A stretch of 64,000 bases of DNA, from NCBI GenBank assembly GCA_029953675.1, contig JAMWBK010000005.1, positions 2,480,001 through 2,544,000 on the forward strand, in the 5' to 3' direction. Below are positions 47,595-59,283 of the stretch, one piece after another. This DNA comes from Rhodosorus marinus CCMP1338 (lineage: Eukaryota > Plantae > Rhodophyta). Position numbers and translations under genes: made by a program. Below the pieces are notes generated by a model that was not told the DNA's origin, did no database searches, and saw only the letters and a program-made list of their open reading frames with translations. How positions within the stretch are numbered: the stretch's first letter is position 1; each line of letters begins with the position of its first letter.

Positions 47595-48410
47595 CCGTGA
47601 TTGTGTGATTTGGACACTCGTCGAGGACTTTCGTCCAGCTCATTGTACAGAAAACATACTTGAGAAGTTTTTGAAAGCCGCCCGAGAGCGAGATGGAATC
47701 TATAAACATGCGACTTGCTTTTGAAAGCTCTTTCTGAAGAGAGGCCTGCTACCAAATCTGGAGAGCATCCAACAGCAAGTGCGAGTTTTTCTATACAGAA
47801 TAGCTTTGCGCGTGATCTCATGAATCTCCTCTGGGATTCTTCTCAGGAACGAGCACTAGCTCTCACCACGGCGTACTTTTCATTTGTCGGAGACCTGGAA
47901 CCCGAAAATTTGTTATGTTATCAAAGAGGTGAAACGGGGATATCGTCTTCTGACAGGGTGCGGGTGAAGCACTAGATTGCAATGTAGTCTCAACTTCAGC
48001 ATATCGAAATCATGTGCGCTGCTCTGCTGGGAGCTAAGAGTTGGCTGATACTTGGCGTGTTCCATATCTGGCCACGAAGGGAAGATCTTCCTGCTGAGAG
48101 CTAGATACCGTACTTGCAAGACCATTTGTTCAAAAACCACCCTGTAAAAAGTGCAGGGGGCAGCGTGTCGGCATCAACAACCAGGGAGAGGCATATCTAT
48201 CCGACCTCGCGCAAAAACACTCCCCAAGCAGCACACACACAGAGACAGGAACGAAGTTCAAGCAATGCAAACCTCCCCACGCGCATTGCCTCTCAGTTAG
48301 AACGTTTTTTCATTCTCCTGTCGCATGTGCCTGTTGACAGACTGGCGAAGCGTATGTGCTCTCCCCCGCACCCATCGCAGCTCCCATCTATCGATACGGA
48401 TGGAAAAGCG

Positions 48411-48630
48411 GGGGAGACTTCGATGGACCGGAGAAGAGCGATCTATCAGGATTGAATCATGACCTCAAACCCTGATGAAAGCAGCTAAAATCTGCACAAA
48501 AGCGGCCAATGTGAACGGTCAAATGCAAACTGCCCACGTCCGCAGAGCCTTCCTCTAGTCACATTCACCACGCCTCAGGTCGACCTGGAGAGGGGAGACA
48601 CAGGTGGACCGTAGAAGAGCGATCTATCAG
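48411..48630. repeat. 39-bp direct repeat (48411-48449 and 48592-48630), 34/39 identical
   Basis: ggggagacttcgatggaccggagaagagcgatctatcag versus ggggagacacaggtggaccgtagaagagcgatctatcag. Confidence 0.85.
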
Positions 48631-50337
48631 AAGGAAAAGAAACAAGACCAAAAGTAATCGAAATTGGGGAAAACATCCGCATCAACTGAAACAGACGAGA
48701 ACGGATTTCTGACACTTGCAAAACCTTGCAACAGTCCATTGCCCCCATCTGCGTCCCGTTTCTCATCCAACTCCATCCCTCGATCATTCAAACAATCTGT
48801 CAAATTAAATTCTCATTAAAAAACACAGCACATAAATGTGGACAGAGTAACGAAGTCCCAAAAAGTCTGCACATTTCGCTCATCCACGAATACAAAATAA
48901 AAAGAATTCATGTCCATAGATAAGCATATTTTATTCAAGTATTCGTGAAGGACCAAAGAATGCCACAATATTACCGAAAAACACAACACATGTATTCATA
49001 TCGTTAGAATTAACTGGTTGGACTAGCTATCCCCCTACGCGTAGCTCATTCAGAACCCTTAAACTAGAAAAAAGGAACTATTTTACTCTCCATCAACAAT
49101 ACTAACCCCTACTAAAAAAAAGCTAAATAGTAATGTATTTCTATTAAACGAAAAGGATACCCATATAAATTAATAAAATATGATATATATACACAGGGTA
49201 TTTTGAAATACTTCATTCAATAAAAACATTCAAGGAATAATTTTGGTTGTGAGAGTGTGAAGGGGGGGCGTCGTTTTACGTCCTCTCTGAAAAACCCAGG
49301 TTTCACCATTGCGAGAGGATTTGCGCTCTTGGGCCTGGAAAAGGTTTAAGATTTTCAACCTGGACGAACAACTTGCCTTTTGGTTTAGCGTAACACGCTC
49401 GCGTCATCATTTGACCTATGAAACTTCTTCCTCAGGACCTGGCGAAAGTACTCCACTGAAAATTTAATAAATAAACCATTCACGCTCATTTTTAATCATT
49501 TAAACAATACTCATGTTCATGAATATTGAAAGACATTATCCTATCCTCTAAATATTTTATTTTATACTTTGAAAGGACTTCCATTTGGGGCTTTTGTTTA
49601 GTAGAAATTGTGGGTGTTGCGTTCACGGGCCATCGCAGCCCACATCCTTCCCCACCGTTGAAAAGAGTAGCGTGGAGAGGGGTTTCGGAATGAACCAACA
49701 GGTGAAGTATAGTAGATTGGATTTTTGGAAATTTTTCTCCTGGTTGGAAGGTTCTTTAACGAAGAAACCGGTTCCCAATATATCTGAGAGGGGGGGGGGG
49801 AGGAGGGGAACTTTATGAGAGATAGGTTTTTGCATATTATAACTCACCAACCCCCCCTCCGGTTCTTTAGCTTTGATGTCACTACCTCCTGGGTGAATCC
49901 TATTCTGACTATCGCCCATGAATATTTTACCCCTTATTTTTATGAGAAGATTTGGAAGGCTTTATTTTCAATTTTATTTGAGGGGTTCTAATTTTGTCAA
50001 TGGGGTTGTACAAGGTGTTAGCGTTGGTGGTGGAATGTGTGAAGCTTTTAACCCCTGTTTGTGCAGTTGTGAAATAGTTTTTGGGGCGGTAATGATGGGG
50101 GAGTAGTTGGGTGCTATTAGTGATGAGGTGGATGAGTAACTTTTTTCTGTTGGCGGATGCTGAGGCGCAATATTTTCGCCAAGAGGAGTGTTGTCGCAAG
50201 TGTCTGGTCATAACGGGATGTGTGCTTGTTTTCGAGAGCAGAGTTCAGGAAAATATTCTGTGAAGCAAAAATTGGACAGTCACTTCTTCTCCCTGGCGCA
50301 AACTTCAAAACTGCTCCGAGGCATATATCCGTGGACA

Positions 50338-50343
50338 TATAAA
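50338..50343 (+). promoter_or_regulatory. Candidate TATA box of nitrate reductase
   Basis: TATAAA about 90 nt upstream of the NR ATG, a position similar to TATA-like boxes before NRT2 and NiR. Confidence 0.45.
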
Positions 50344-50428
50344 GTGCTGAAACTACTTCCCCATGCATTCGTCATGACAGGGCTGGACACGAGTGTTGTG
50401 TTGTCGGGACTGGAGTTTGAAAATCAGC

Positions 50429-53026
50429 ATGGGGAATGTAGCTGAACCACACATGCAGTTGCCGCTTACGGTAACGAAGGGAACGAGCATTATGCTGGGG
50501 GACCTGTACACTGTCCCCAGCAGTGCTGAGGAGAGCAAGGCCAACATTATGAAGGCGTTAAAGGGCGGGGAGGTGGCTGGGGGACTTGGATGTCAGCACG
50601 TCACCACTGAAATTGACGATAAGGACGCAAAGACGCCTGACTTGTGGGTATCAAGGCATCCAGCGCAAATTAGGCTTACAGGAAAGCATCCTTTCAATGC
50701 CGAGCCACCGATTAAGCTCCTCCTGGATCAGGGCTTTTTCACCCCGCCGTCTGTCCATTACATTCGAAACCACGGAAAAGCAACGAAGGACATCAGCTGG
50801 GAGACACACAAGTTGAAGATTAATGGCCTCGTTGACCAGGAGCTCGAGATTTCCATGGACGAGCTGGCTTCGCTGCCGAGCGTGACTCTGCCAGTGACTC
50901 TCGTCTGCGCCGGCAATAGGCGTAAGGAGCAGAACATGACGAAGCAGACGATTGGCTTCAGTTGGGGTCCTTGTGCGGTCGCCACCCATTTGTGGACAGG
51001 TGTGCGATTGCGCGACCTTCTGCTGAAGGCTGGGATCAGGATGAACAAGGCGAGGCATGTGTGTTTCGTTGGAGTCGAGAAAGAGGGCTTGCCGAACGGA
51101 ACCTACGGCACATCTATTGACCTTGCCACTGCGATGGATCCTTTCGGCGAGGTTATCATTGCGTACGAGCAGAACGGAATGAGGTTGACGACTGACCATG
51201 GTTTCCCCGTGAGGGTTATCATCCCAGGCTGGATTGGTGGTCGTATGGTGAAGTGGCTGGAGCACATCACAGTGCAGGATGAGCCTTCAGATAACTTTTA
51301 CCACTTCTTCGACAACAGAATCATGCCTCCACATGTGGATGCTGAGCTTGCCAAGAAGGAGGGTTGGTGGTACAAGCCGGAGTACTTGTTCAATCAGCTG
51401 AATATCAACTCCGCTATCGGATCGCCGGATCACGATGAGATCCTTGAGCTCACCAAGCCCTCTGACTACACGATGAGAGGATATGCCTACTCAGGAGGCG
51501 GTAGGAAGATCACGCGTGTGGAGGTTTCCTTCGATGGAGGCAAGGCCTGGGAGCTCTGTGATGTGACTTACCCAGAAGAGGAGTACTCCCACACTCCCCA
51601 GTTCGGCAAGTACTACTGCTGGTGCTTCTGGACTTTGAAGGTGAACACGTCCAAGTTCTTGGAGTGCGGTATGGGATACGGGGAACTGTGCTGCCGTGCA
51701 TGGGATGAAGCCAACAACGCGCAACCTGCTACCCTGACGTGGAACTTGATGGGAATGGGTAACAACCCACACTTCCGTGTCAAAATCCACCCGGAGACGA
51801 CCGAGAACGGCTTTAACCTGCGGTTCGAACATCCCACAGTTGCCGGGCCAACCAAGGGTGGTTGGATGGACCCTATAGATGCACCCCCTGCTGTGGTGGA
51901 GAAGAAAGAGGAAAAGAAAGTAGAATCGAAAGGACAAGATTCTTCGAAGAAGTACTTCAAATGGTCCGAGATCAAGAAGCACGACAACGACGACTCTGCA
52001 TGGATTGTCGTGCACGACAAAGTGTATGACTGTACGCCTTTCCTCAAGGACCACCCTGGAGGCAGCGCCAGTATCACGATGAATGCTGGAGCGGACGCGA
52101 CTGATGAATTTGATGCTATTCACTCTACCAAGGCGAAGGAAATGCTCGCGGACTACTACATCGGAGAATTGGATGAGGAAGAGCATAAGGTTGAGGACAC
52201 TACCGAGAAGAAGGCTGAAGTGAAATCGGCGGAGCTCGTCGCTCTGAACCCGAAGAAGCGTGTCGACTTTGCGCTTGTGCAAAAGGACGTGATCAACAGG
52301 AACACTCGTAGGTTCCGATTCGCTCTGCAGTCGAAGGATCACGTTCTTGGACTGCCGGTTGGTTACCACATGCTTGTTAGTGGAATGGTGAACGGCAAGC
52401 TGACCATGCGTGCGTACACTCCAACCAGCTCGAATGATGATGTTGGGTATTTCGACCTTGTCGTGAAGGTGTACTTCGCGAACGAGCACCCGAAGTTCCC
52501 TGAAGGTGGCATTCTCTCGCAACATTTGGATTCGCTGAAGCTGGGTGACACGATCGGAGTGAAGGGTCCACTCGGACATTTCGAGTACAAGGGAAATGGC
52601 AAGATTGTTGTGCACGGAAAGGAGAAGACGAAGACGAAGCTTGGGTTCATCTGCGGAGGAACGGGACTGACGCCGGCCTACCAAGTGATCAAGGCGGTTC
52701 TCAAGGACAAAACGGACAGGACAGAAGTGTCTCTCTTGTACGCGAACGTCACTCCCTCCGATATCCTTCTGCGAGAGGAGCTTGACCAGCTCGCGAAGGA
52801 GCACGATAACTTCCACTTGTGGTACACCGTCGACAGGACCGAAAACGGTGAGAAGTGGGATTACAGCACTGGCTTCATCAATGAGGATTTGATTAAAAAA
52901 GCGCTGCCGGCTCCGGGAGACGACTCATACATTGGCATTTGTGGACCACCGCCGATGATCAAGTTCGCCTGCCTACCCAACTTGGAGAAGATCGGATTTG
53001 CCTCAGATTCATACGTGCAGTTTTAA
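50429..53026 (+). CDS. NIA1: Assimilatory nitrate reductase (Moco, dimerisation, cytochrome b5, FAD and NAD(P)H domains), intronless
   Basis: LTGKHPFNAEPP, TLVCAGNRRKEQN, GWIGGRMVKWL, WNLMGMGNN, HPGG heme motif, RAYTPTS, GFICGGTGLTP, CGPPPMI. The first in-frame ATG is at 50429; the ORF-track start at 50393 is a non-ATG codon. Confidence 0.98.
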   Translation: MGNVAEPHMQLPLTVTKGTSIMLGDLYTVPSSAEESKANIMKALKGGEVAGGLGCQHVTTEIDDKDAKTPDLWVSRHPAQIRLTGKHPFNAEPPIKLLLDQGFFTPPSVHYIRNHGKATKDISWETHKLKINGLVDQELEISMDELASLPSVTLPVTLVCAGNRRKEQNMTKQTIGFSWGPCAVATHLWTGVRLRDLLLKAGIRMNKARHVCFVGVEKEGLPNGTYGTSIDLATAMDPFGEVIIAYEQNGMRLTTDHGFPVRVIIPGWIGGRMVKWLEHITVQDEPSDNFYHFFDNRIMPPHVDAELAKKEGWWYKPEYLFNQLNINSAIGSPDHDEILELTKPSDYTMRGYAYSGGGRKITRVEVSFDGGKAWELCDVTYPEEEYSHTPQFGKYYCWCFWTLKVNTSKFLECGMGYGELCCRAWDEANNAQPATLTWNLMGMGNNPHFRVKIHPETTENGFNLRFEHPTVAGPTKGGWMDPIDAPPAVVEKKEEKKVESKGQDSSKKYFKWSEIKKHDNDDSAWIVVHDKVYDCTPFLKDHPGGSASITMNAGADATDEFDAIHSTKAKEMLADYYIGELDEEEHKVEDTTEKKAEVKSAELVALNPKKRVDFALVQKDVINRNTRRFRFALQSKDHVLGLPVGYHMLVSGMVNGKLTMRAYTPTSSNDDVGYFDLVVKVYFANEHPKFPEGGILSQHLDSLKLGDTIGVKGPLGHFEYKGNGKIVVHGKEKTKTKLGFICGGTGLTPAYQVIKAVLKDKTDRTEVSLLYANVTPSDILLREELDQLAKEHDNFHLWYTVDRTENGEKWDYSTGFINEDLIKKALPAPGDDSYIGICGPPPMIKFACLPNLEKIGFASDSYVQF

Positions 53027-55730
53027 CTCTTTTAGATGCGGAAATTTCGTGGAATTTAACTGATAGTTCATCAGAGTAACATTATATGTAATAAAAAGGA
53101 AGCCAAGCAATTCGTTGCAAGTACAAATGAAGCTAAATAAAATAATTCCTTGAGAGATCATCCCCTACCCCGATATCCTCCTGAGGCCAGATCGCAGCCG
53201 TAACCCACAAAACAACACGCGGTGCATCGAATCCAGGAAAACTCTCTCTCCTCATAACGACAGCGGAAGCGTCCACGCAAGGCCTTCATGAGAAAATCAC
53301 TTCGTAGGAACTGTTCAGGTAGGAAATTTCGTTCAATTTCCTAACTGGAGCTTGAACGAAAGCAGGCCCGGTAACTTTATTCTGCATGGTACGGCGCGGG
53401 AATTATCAGAAACGGTAATGCATGCAAGAGAACAGGATGCCAAAAAAGGAATGGGTCCGAAAACTGCCCTTCTAGTAGAATCGAGAGTTTGGCTGCGAGC
53501 GAATGGGAGCACATTCCCAAGCAATCGAAAACGCTTATGTGAAAATCTGCAACAGCCACAGAAGGTACTCTTGCAACATCAAAAACCGAGATATTAGTAG
53601 AAACAGAAAGTCTGATGCGTCTCACGCTGCACACGTTTAAACAACTTTTTGTTTTAATTTCGCCTCTTGCGGGATCCTTACGCTCTGGTGAAAGTCAGGA
53701 AACGAGGACCCAGTGAATTTTTTTCAAGCCTTAACTTCAATGTCCGTAAGAATTTCTCACGTTCCAATACATGACGTTCACGATTAGGCCTACCATGCGG
53801 ATGAAGGTACCAAGGGGATGGACATCTTGAAGACTCATTTCTCTTCCCTTTCCTTTGGTTTTGGCTTGGGGCCTCGCGAAAGTGTCTTGATGGGTTCGAA
53901 GTCGTATACCGTTCACAGTTGCGATAACCAGACCAGCCGAGGACAGTCTTATACACACTAACGTGGACAGCTGAAAGAAAAGCAAGTTCTGGAAAGAAAA
54001 GAAGCACTTTTGACTCCCCTTTCCCCTGTCCAAGGTAAGGACCACCCGCCGGAGGTTGTTAATTTTCCAGTAAACGAAAGATCAGAAAGAAGCAAGGGGC
54101 GGAAACTTAGTCCAAATTGAACCGAACACGTATGACACTCAATCCCTAATGTCTAAACGCCAACCCACCTCTCATCGGGTATATATCCGTTAACCGTCTC
54201 CTCACCACTGTCATTGGTGTACAAAAACAAAAATTATACCGAGCCACCGGAGAGGCACCACACCATCCCCTCAGCCTTAATTTTTCACCAAACAAAAACG
54301 TCTGATGGTGCGACTCGCGCGGAGTTCACCAGCCTCGAAATGCTCGACTTGTTTTGTCAAGCATCACCTCGGGGGAATCCACCCCCAACGTTTTGTTCTT
54401 TCAATTTCCGTTCCCAAAACCCTCAGTTCACGCGTGCTTTATCTCACCAACGTCTACATCCAAACCCAACCCAAACCAGCTTTTTCCCATGTTTTCGCGG
54501 AATATCCTCATTCAAGTTGACGCCAGCATCCACGTCAGTTTTAGCGCAGGCCAAATGATGTCAACAAATAATTAACAAAAAAAGCCATTCCCAACATCAT
54601 CAAAAATCTACTTCTATAGTTCCCAAATCATTCATAATTTTATTCCAATTCACACACCCTTTAAAAAAAGGGAACGGAGCTTAACCTGTTGAGCAATTTG
54701 TTCTCAAAACTGCAGGGGGAGTCTGCTACGGCAAGTTTTGGTCCGTGGACAAATCTTACCCCTAGTAACATCTAGTTCATCTTTTAAAAATATATATTAA
54801 TTAATAATAATACGAAACTTTTTGTTTGTCCACCTAGCCCCTATCATATTGGTTCATACTTCGTTTGACCCCCCAAACGGTGGCGGCATTTAGCACGATA
54901 TCAAAGCCGACCCCTTGAAGAATTTATTTTTGTGGTATTTATTGAATAACATTTCTTTTTTGTAACTAGGGAGGTCGCTTACTGAAGAATTTAAGGGGGA
55001 GGTGGATTTATTCAATCAGAAACTTGCGCGAGGTGGTAACCAGTTTCGGTCATATGGACTGTTCTACCTTGGAAAACGTGAGGGTCGGACAACTGGTAAA
55101 AAAATCTGAATAATAGAACAAAAATGAGAGCGCCTTTGAGTCACCTATCTTTAGCCAATAGTTGTCCGTAGCGTTTACTTTTTTTTGGTAAAAAGAGAGC
55201 CACCTATTGAGTTCCCAACAATGGCGGCGCCATATCCTTTGATTTATATTGAAAAAAGGATGTAACCGAAGGAGGCGAGAGTGAGCCTGAATGTGTTCGA
55301 TTCGATTCTCACTCTTTAGGGTAAGCGCTTTGGTCCAAAAAAACCTTGTCAATGAGAACACAGACACTTTACGTGCAAATCGCCTAAGGGGTCCAATTTA
55401 CGCCTTCAATTTTACACCCCCCCTCCTATTTATTTTTGAGCCGTTTAATATTACGGATTTAATATATTTGGTGAAGTATAGGGGAGGAAAAGTTGGTTTC
55501 GACTTATGCATCGGATAAAAGAACAATAGGGGTTGGATCGAGATTTTGGTATTGGTCAATGAAAGCGGAATGTTTTCTTGGTCTTCGTTTGTGAGGTGGA
55601 TTTCAGGCATTTGCTTTATTTGGGAAGCGAGTTGCCGTGGGACGGCATTGAGGATGGGTTTTGACTGTTTTCTACCAAGAGAGAAGATCGAGTTGTGCGT
55701 AGTCAAGATTTCAGCTGAAAATCAAGGTCC

Positions 55731-55752
55731 TGGATTACGCCATGTCGAAAGG
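55731..55752 (+). promoter_or_regulatory. Conserved non-coding block upstream of NRT2 copy A
   Basis: TGGATTACGCCATGTCGAAAGG, 21/22 identical to 58862-58883 although the surrounding sequence does not align. Confidence 0.65.
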
Positions 55753-55940
55753 TTTGTTTGTTTCATCAGTCCGCACAAGAAGCTCAGCTTGACAAGATTT
55801 GGTGAGCTGTGAATGCGTAGCGCAGGTGAGTATTTGCGGATTAATATCCCCAAGCTAAGCAATCGTCTCGCGCAAAGGATATGCGACGGCTGGGCGTTTG
55901 ACCGGTTGTGCCCTGTAGTCAGGATGTTGGGGTGAGAAGG

Positions 55941-55950
55941 TTATATATAT
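55941..55950 (+). promoter_or_regulatory. Candidate TATA box of NRT2-A
   Basis: TTATATATAT, conserved in copy B (59274-59283). Confidence 0.65.
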
Positions 55951-56059
55951 TGCAGGTGTATAGTCTGATTCTCGTCAGATAGTGTGCAAGCTGCGGAGGA
56001 GAATAAGCTTTTAGTTTGAACAAAGCCTGAGTCACATCTGTAGTAGCTGTGGAGAAGAA

Positions 56060-57568
56060 ATGGCGGACGTTGACAATACGCCCGTGATGGAGGAGACATT
56101 CGAGACGACTGAGGAGCCGGTGAATATGGAGGGAGCTGCCGGTGGCGCGAAGTTTTTGGACCCGGAGACGGGAGAACCGATGTACAAGTGGCCTGTTGAT
56201 GAGAAGCACAGGTGCAAGGTGCTGAAGCCGTGGAGGTTCGACCGACCACACCACCGTGCGTTCTTCTACGCGTGGTCGTCTTTCTTCTGTGCGTTCTTCG
56301 GATGGTTTGCGCTGTCACCGTTGCTGGTGAACATTGGAAAGTTCTCGCCGGACATTGGAATCAGTGAGAAGGAGGACCGTGTGACGTCGAACATCATCGG
56401 CGTGGCTGGAACGATTCTGATGCGATTCATCATTGGACCTGTTGCGGATCGGTGGGGTCCGCGGTGGGCCCAGGCTGGAGTACTGTGCATTTTCTCGATC
56501 CCGGCTTACCTTGTTGGTACTGCGCAGAACTTTGCGATGTTCTGTACGGCTCGATTCTTCATTGGAATGCTTGGCGGGACTTTTGTGGTGACTCAGTACT
56601 GGACGTCGATCATGTTCGCAAAGAACATTGTTGGATCTGCGAACGCGACGTCGGCGGGATGGGGAAACCTTGGGGGAGGTGTTACGAACGCGCTGATGCC
56701 TCAGTTCGTAAACTTGATGGAGGCTTTTGGACTGGATTACAACATGGCGTGGAGAGTTGCGATGGTGATCCCGGCGACGTTCACGCTTGTGATTGGAATT
56801 CTGTTGTTCTTCTTCGCGGACGATTGCCCTGACGGGAACTATCGGTTCCTGATCATGTCTGGACAGAAGCACGCGACGAACCCGTGGGTGTCCTTCGGAC
56901 GTGCTGCGCTGAACCCGAGATCATGGGTGCTTCACTTGACGTATGCGACTTGCTTCGGAGTGGAGCTGGTGATGAACGGGAACCTTGCGTCGTACTTCCA
57001 GACGTCGTTTGGACTTGATGAGGGAACAGCTGGACTGATTGCGGCACTTTTCGGTCTGATGAATCTGTTCGCGCGGTCGTTGGGAGGAATTACGTCGGAT
57101 TTTGGATCATCACGATGGGGAATGACTGGAAGACTTATTGTGTTCTTCCTGACCGAGATCATGGAGGGACTGATGCTTTTGACGTTCTCGAGGATGACTG
57201 TGCTGGGAGCTGCGATCCCTATGTTGATTCTGTTCTCGATTTTCGTGCAGATGGCTGAGGGAGCTACATTCGGAGTTGTACCGTTCGTGGACCCGAGGTA
57301 CACTGGAGGAATCTCTGGAATTGTGGGTGCTGGCGGAAACGTTGGTGCGGTGCTTCTGAACCTGATCATCAGGAACGTGTCGCCTACGAGCGATGCGTTC
57401 CTGTACTTGTCGTTTGTTGTGCTGGGCGTCTCGTTCTTCGTGCTTCTGCTTATCTGGCCGTTCAAGATCGAGGACAGCATGGACGGACCGGAGCAGCCGG
57501 CGAAGGTTATTGTTGAGGAAAGCGATGAGGAAGTTGCTGAAGTTCGCGTCAGTGACGCTTCCGAGTAG
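56060..57568 (+). CDS. NRT2: High-affinity nitrate/nitrite transporter NRT2 (MFS, NNP family), copy A, intronless
   Basis: RPHHRAFFYAW, nitrate signature SAGWGNLGGG, NLFARSLGG, QMAEGATFGVVPFV, GIVGAGGNVG, about 12 hydrophobic segments. Confidence 0.98.
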   Translation: MADVDNTPVMEETFETTEEPVNMEGAAGGAKFLDPETGEPMYKWPVDEKHRCKVLKPWRFDRPHHRAFFYAWSSFFCAFFGWFALSPLLVNIGKFSPDIGISEKEDRVTSNIIGVAGTILMRFIIGPVADRWGPRWAQAGVLCIFSIPAYLVGTAQNFAMFCTARFFIGMLGGTFVVTQYWTSIMFAKNIVGSANATSAGWGNLGGGVTNALMPQFVNLMEAFGLDYNMAWRVAMVIPATFTLVIGILLFFFADDCPDGNYRFLIMSGQKHATNPWVSFGRAALNPRSWVLHLTYATCFGVELVMNGNLASYFQTSFGLDEGTAGLIAALFGLMNLFARSLGGITSDFGSSRWGMTGRLIVFFLTEIMEGLMLLTFSRMTVLGAAIPMLILFSIFVQMAEGATFGVVPFVDPRYTGGISGIVGAGGNVGAVLLNLIIRNVSPTSDAFLYLSFVVLGVSFFVLLLIWPFKIEDSMDGPEQPAKVIVEESDEEVAEVRVSDASE

Positions 57569-58861
57569 GAAGTGTGCACTTGCATGCTATTGATTGATGC
57601 TAGAATCGCACGCGATGGAAGTGCTATAGTAAAATTTTTATAATATTTGTATCTCAACTGCAGAAGTTGCCACTACCAGAGAAGCTGTTATCCTCCTCCC
57701 TGTCGTCCCCGCCTTGTATAGAACTGTCACTGAGAATTCCAGGTTGCAAACTAGGGAAAGCTTTTGCGTGTGGTGTACATCTAGTGCTTGTCTCCAGAGG
57801 GGACCCTAAGTCTTCCCTTTTTCGCTACGAATGCGTTGCTGCTAGTAAGTCGATATCCTTCTCAAGCGCAAATGCGAAATGGGAAAGGAAGTGGTGGCCG
57901 ACACGAAATGCTATTGGGTTGCACAGTCACTTCAAAACAAATACGACTTCCCCGTCATAACAGGCACTGATTGGACTTGATTCAAGGCTGACTGGTTTGG
58001 CATTCAGCTCCCACAGCAGCAGCAGTGCATCAGAAAGCCCTGGGAGGAAAAGCCTCCCAAAACCTGAGCCGAACAGCATCACAAGGAAAATCAACCTGTA
58101 TCCGAGTTTCATCGTCGAGCGTGCTCGAGTCGCATACCTCAGCACCATACGCCGCAGAACATGACAAACAGTAGAATCGCCACAGCTACTTCATTGAGAA
58201 AAGCCAGCAAAAACGCGAATCCAACTATCTCACCATCCGCAATGGACGAACGGAGGAGATTGGTCTTGTTCCGGTCATTGGAATTCTGCCAAAGCAAAAA
58301 GGGGATTTATGTCTCGCGAAAGTTGCTACGCTCGCAGAAGGTTGCCATATCCTCATGATGTTCCTAGCCGCATAAAAAGCTCGCCCGACATACGCTCCAG
58401 TCCAACACAGGCAACACAAGAGCCTTTCCCCCATCGGAGTTTCGGTTCTGTTGGAACACCTACCCCTTCCCCCCCCCCCGCGCGTCAAACTAAGCCAACA
58501 ACTTATCATCCAATAATCCCGGTGTTCAACCCCTCTTCCCAAACTAATTTTCAAACTAACCAACCGATTTTCTTCAAAAAAACTTCAAAAACAATTCCAG
58601 AAAACATACCCTACACGACCTCTACAGGGGTAGTCTCATATGCCCTCTTTCATTCACCAATTTTTGATAATCTTAGGGGTAGAACAACATCATCACCGTA
58701 CCCAGTAGTACTCTTTCCGTGTCCCAGATAAAACTATTCTTCTTCTCTTTTTTAATTGTTCCTCAATCCGCTGAGAGATGAAGGTTCTTTTTTTATGGTA
58801 GTAATACAGACGATTGCATTCGGATACGAACTGCATGATTTTCGTTGAAATTTAATTGGTA

Positions 58862-58883
58862 TGGATTACGCCATGTCGCAAGG
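58862..58883 (+). promoter_or_regulatory. Conserved non-coding block upstream of NRT2 copy B
   Basis: TGGATTACGCCATGTCGCAAGG, matching 55731-55752. Confidence 0.65.
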
Positions 58884-59273
58884 TGTGGTTTCACCAGGTT
58901 ACTTAGATGGCGAGAGGAATTTTTTGTTTTGGGGGGGGGGTTGGGGGGATGGGTTCCACGTGTTTTTGTACTTTTTAACCCCCTTTTGGCTTTTGTGGAA
59001 AAATGTGGATTGACTTTTTAATGTGCAAAACGGTGCCGTGCATTAGGAAGCTGAGGAAAAGAGAATGTGTCGCTTGCGAGGCTAGCATTCCGAGTTTTTG
59101 GAATGTAGGAAAAAACCAGCGTACTTCTTTATCCATTGAGAAAGCATACGGTCTTCACAAACGCGAGATATCCGTTATACGGGCTCAGTTCTCTTCGGAC
59201 TGACGCAAAGGGTATGTGCCGGTTGGGCGTTTGATCGGCTGTGCCCTGTGGCCAGGATTTTGGGGTGAGAAGG

Positions 59274-59283
59274 TTATATATAT
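59274..59283 (+). promoter_or_regulatory. Candidate TATA box of NRT2-B
   Basis: TTATATATAT, conserved with copy A. Confidence 0.65.

Larger units (their letters stand above)
55871..57610 (+). repeat. Tandem duplication copy A (core promoter, NRT2 CDS, proximal 3' UTR)
   Basis: Aligns with 59204-60970. CDS offset is 3358 bp. Confidence 0.95.

Noticed and set aside
51491-52816. 441-aa minus-strand ORF and similar long antisense ORFs over NRT2 (56315-56872, 56932-57657, 59673-60230)
   Set aside because: They are antisense shadows of strongly codon-biased genes and have no motifs.
54745-54832. 9-bp inverted repeat GTGGACAAA/TTTGTCCAC around an AT-rich core (MITE-like)
   Set aside because: Chance-level length, with no target duplication or second copy.
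53100-55860. NAR2/NRT3 accessory gene or NAR1 expected in a nitrate cluster
   Set aside because: Neither the ORF track nor my manual minus-strand translation of the spacer shows NAR2 or FNT-family motifs.
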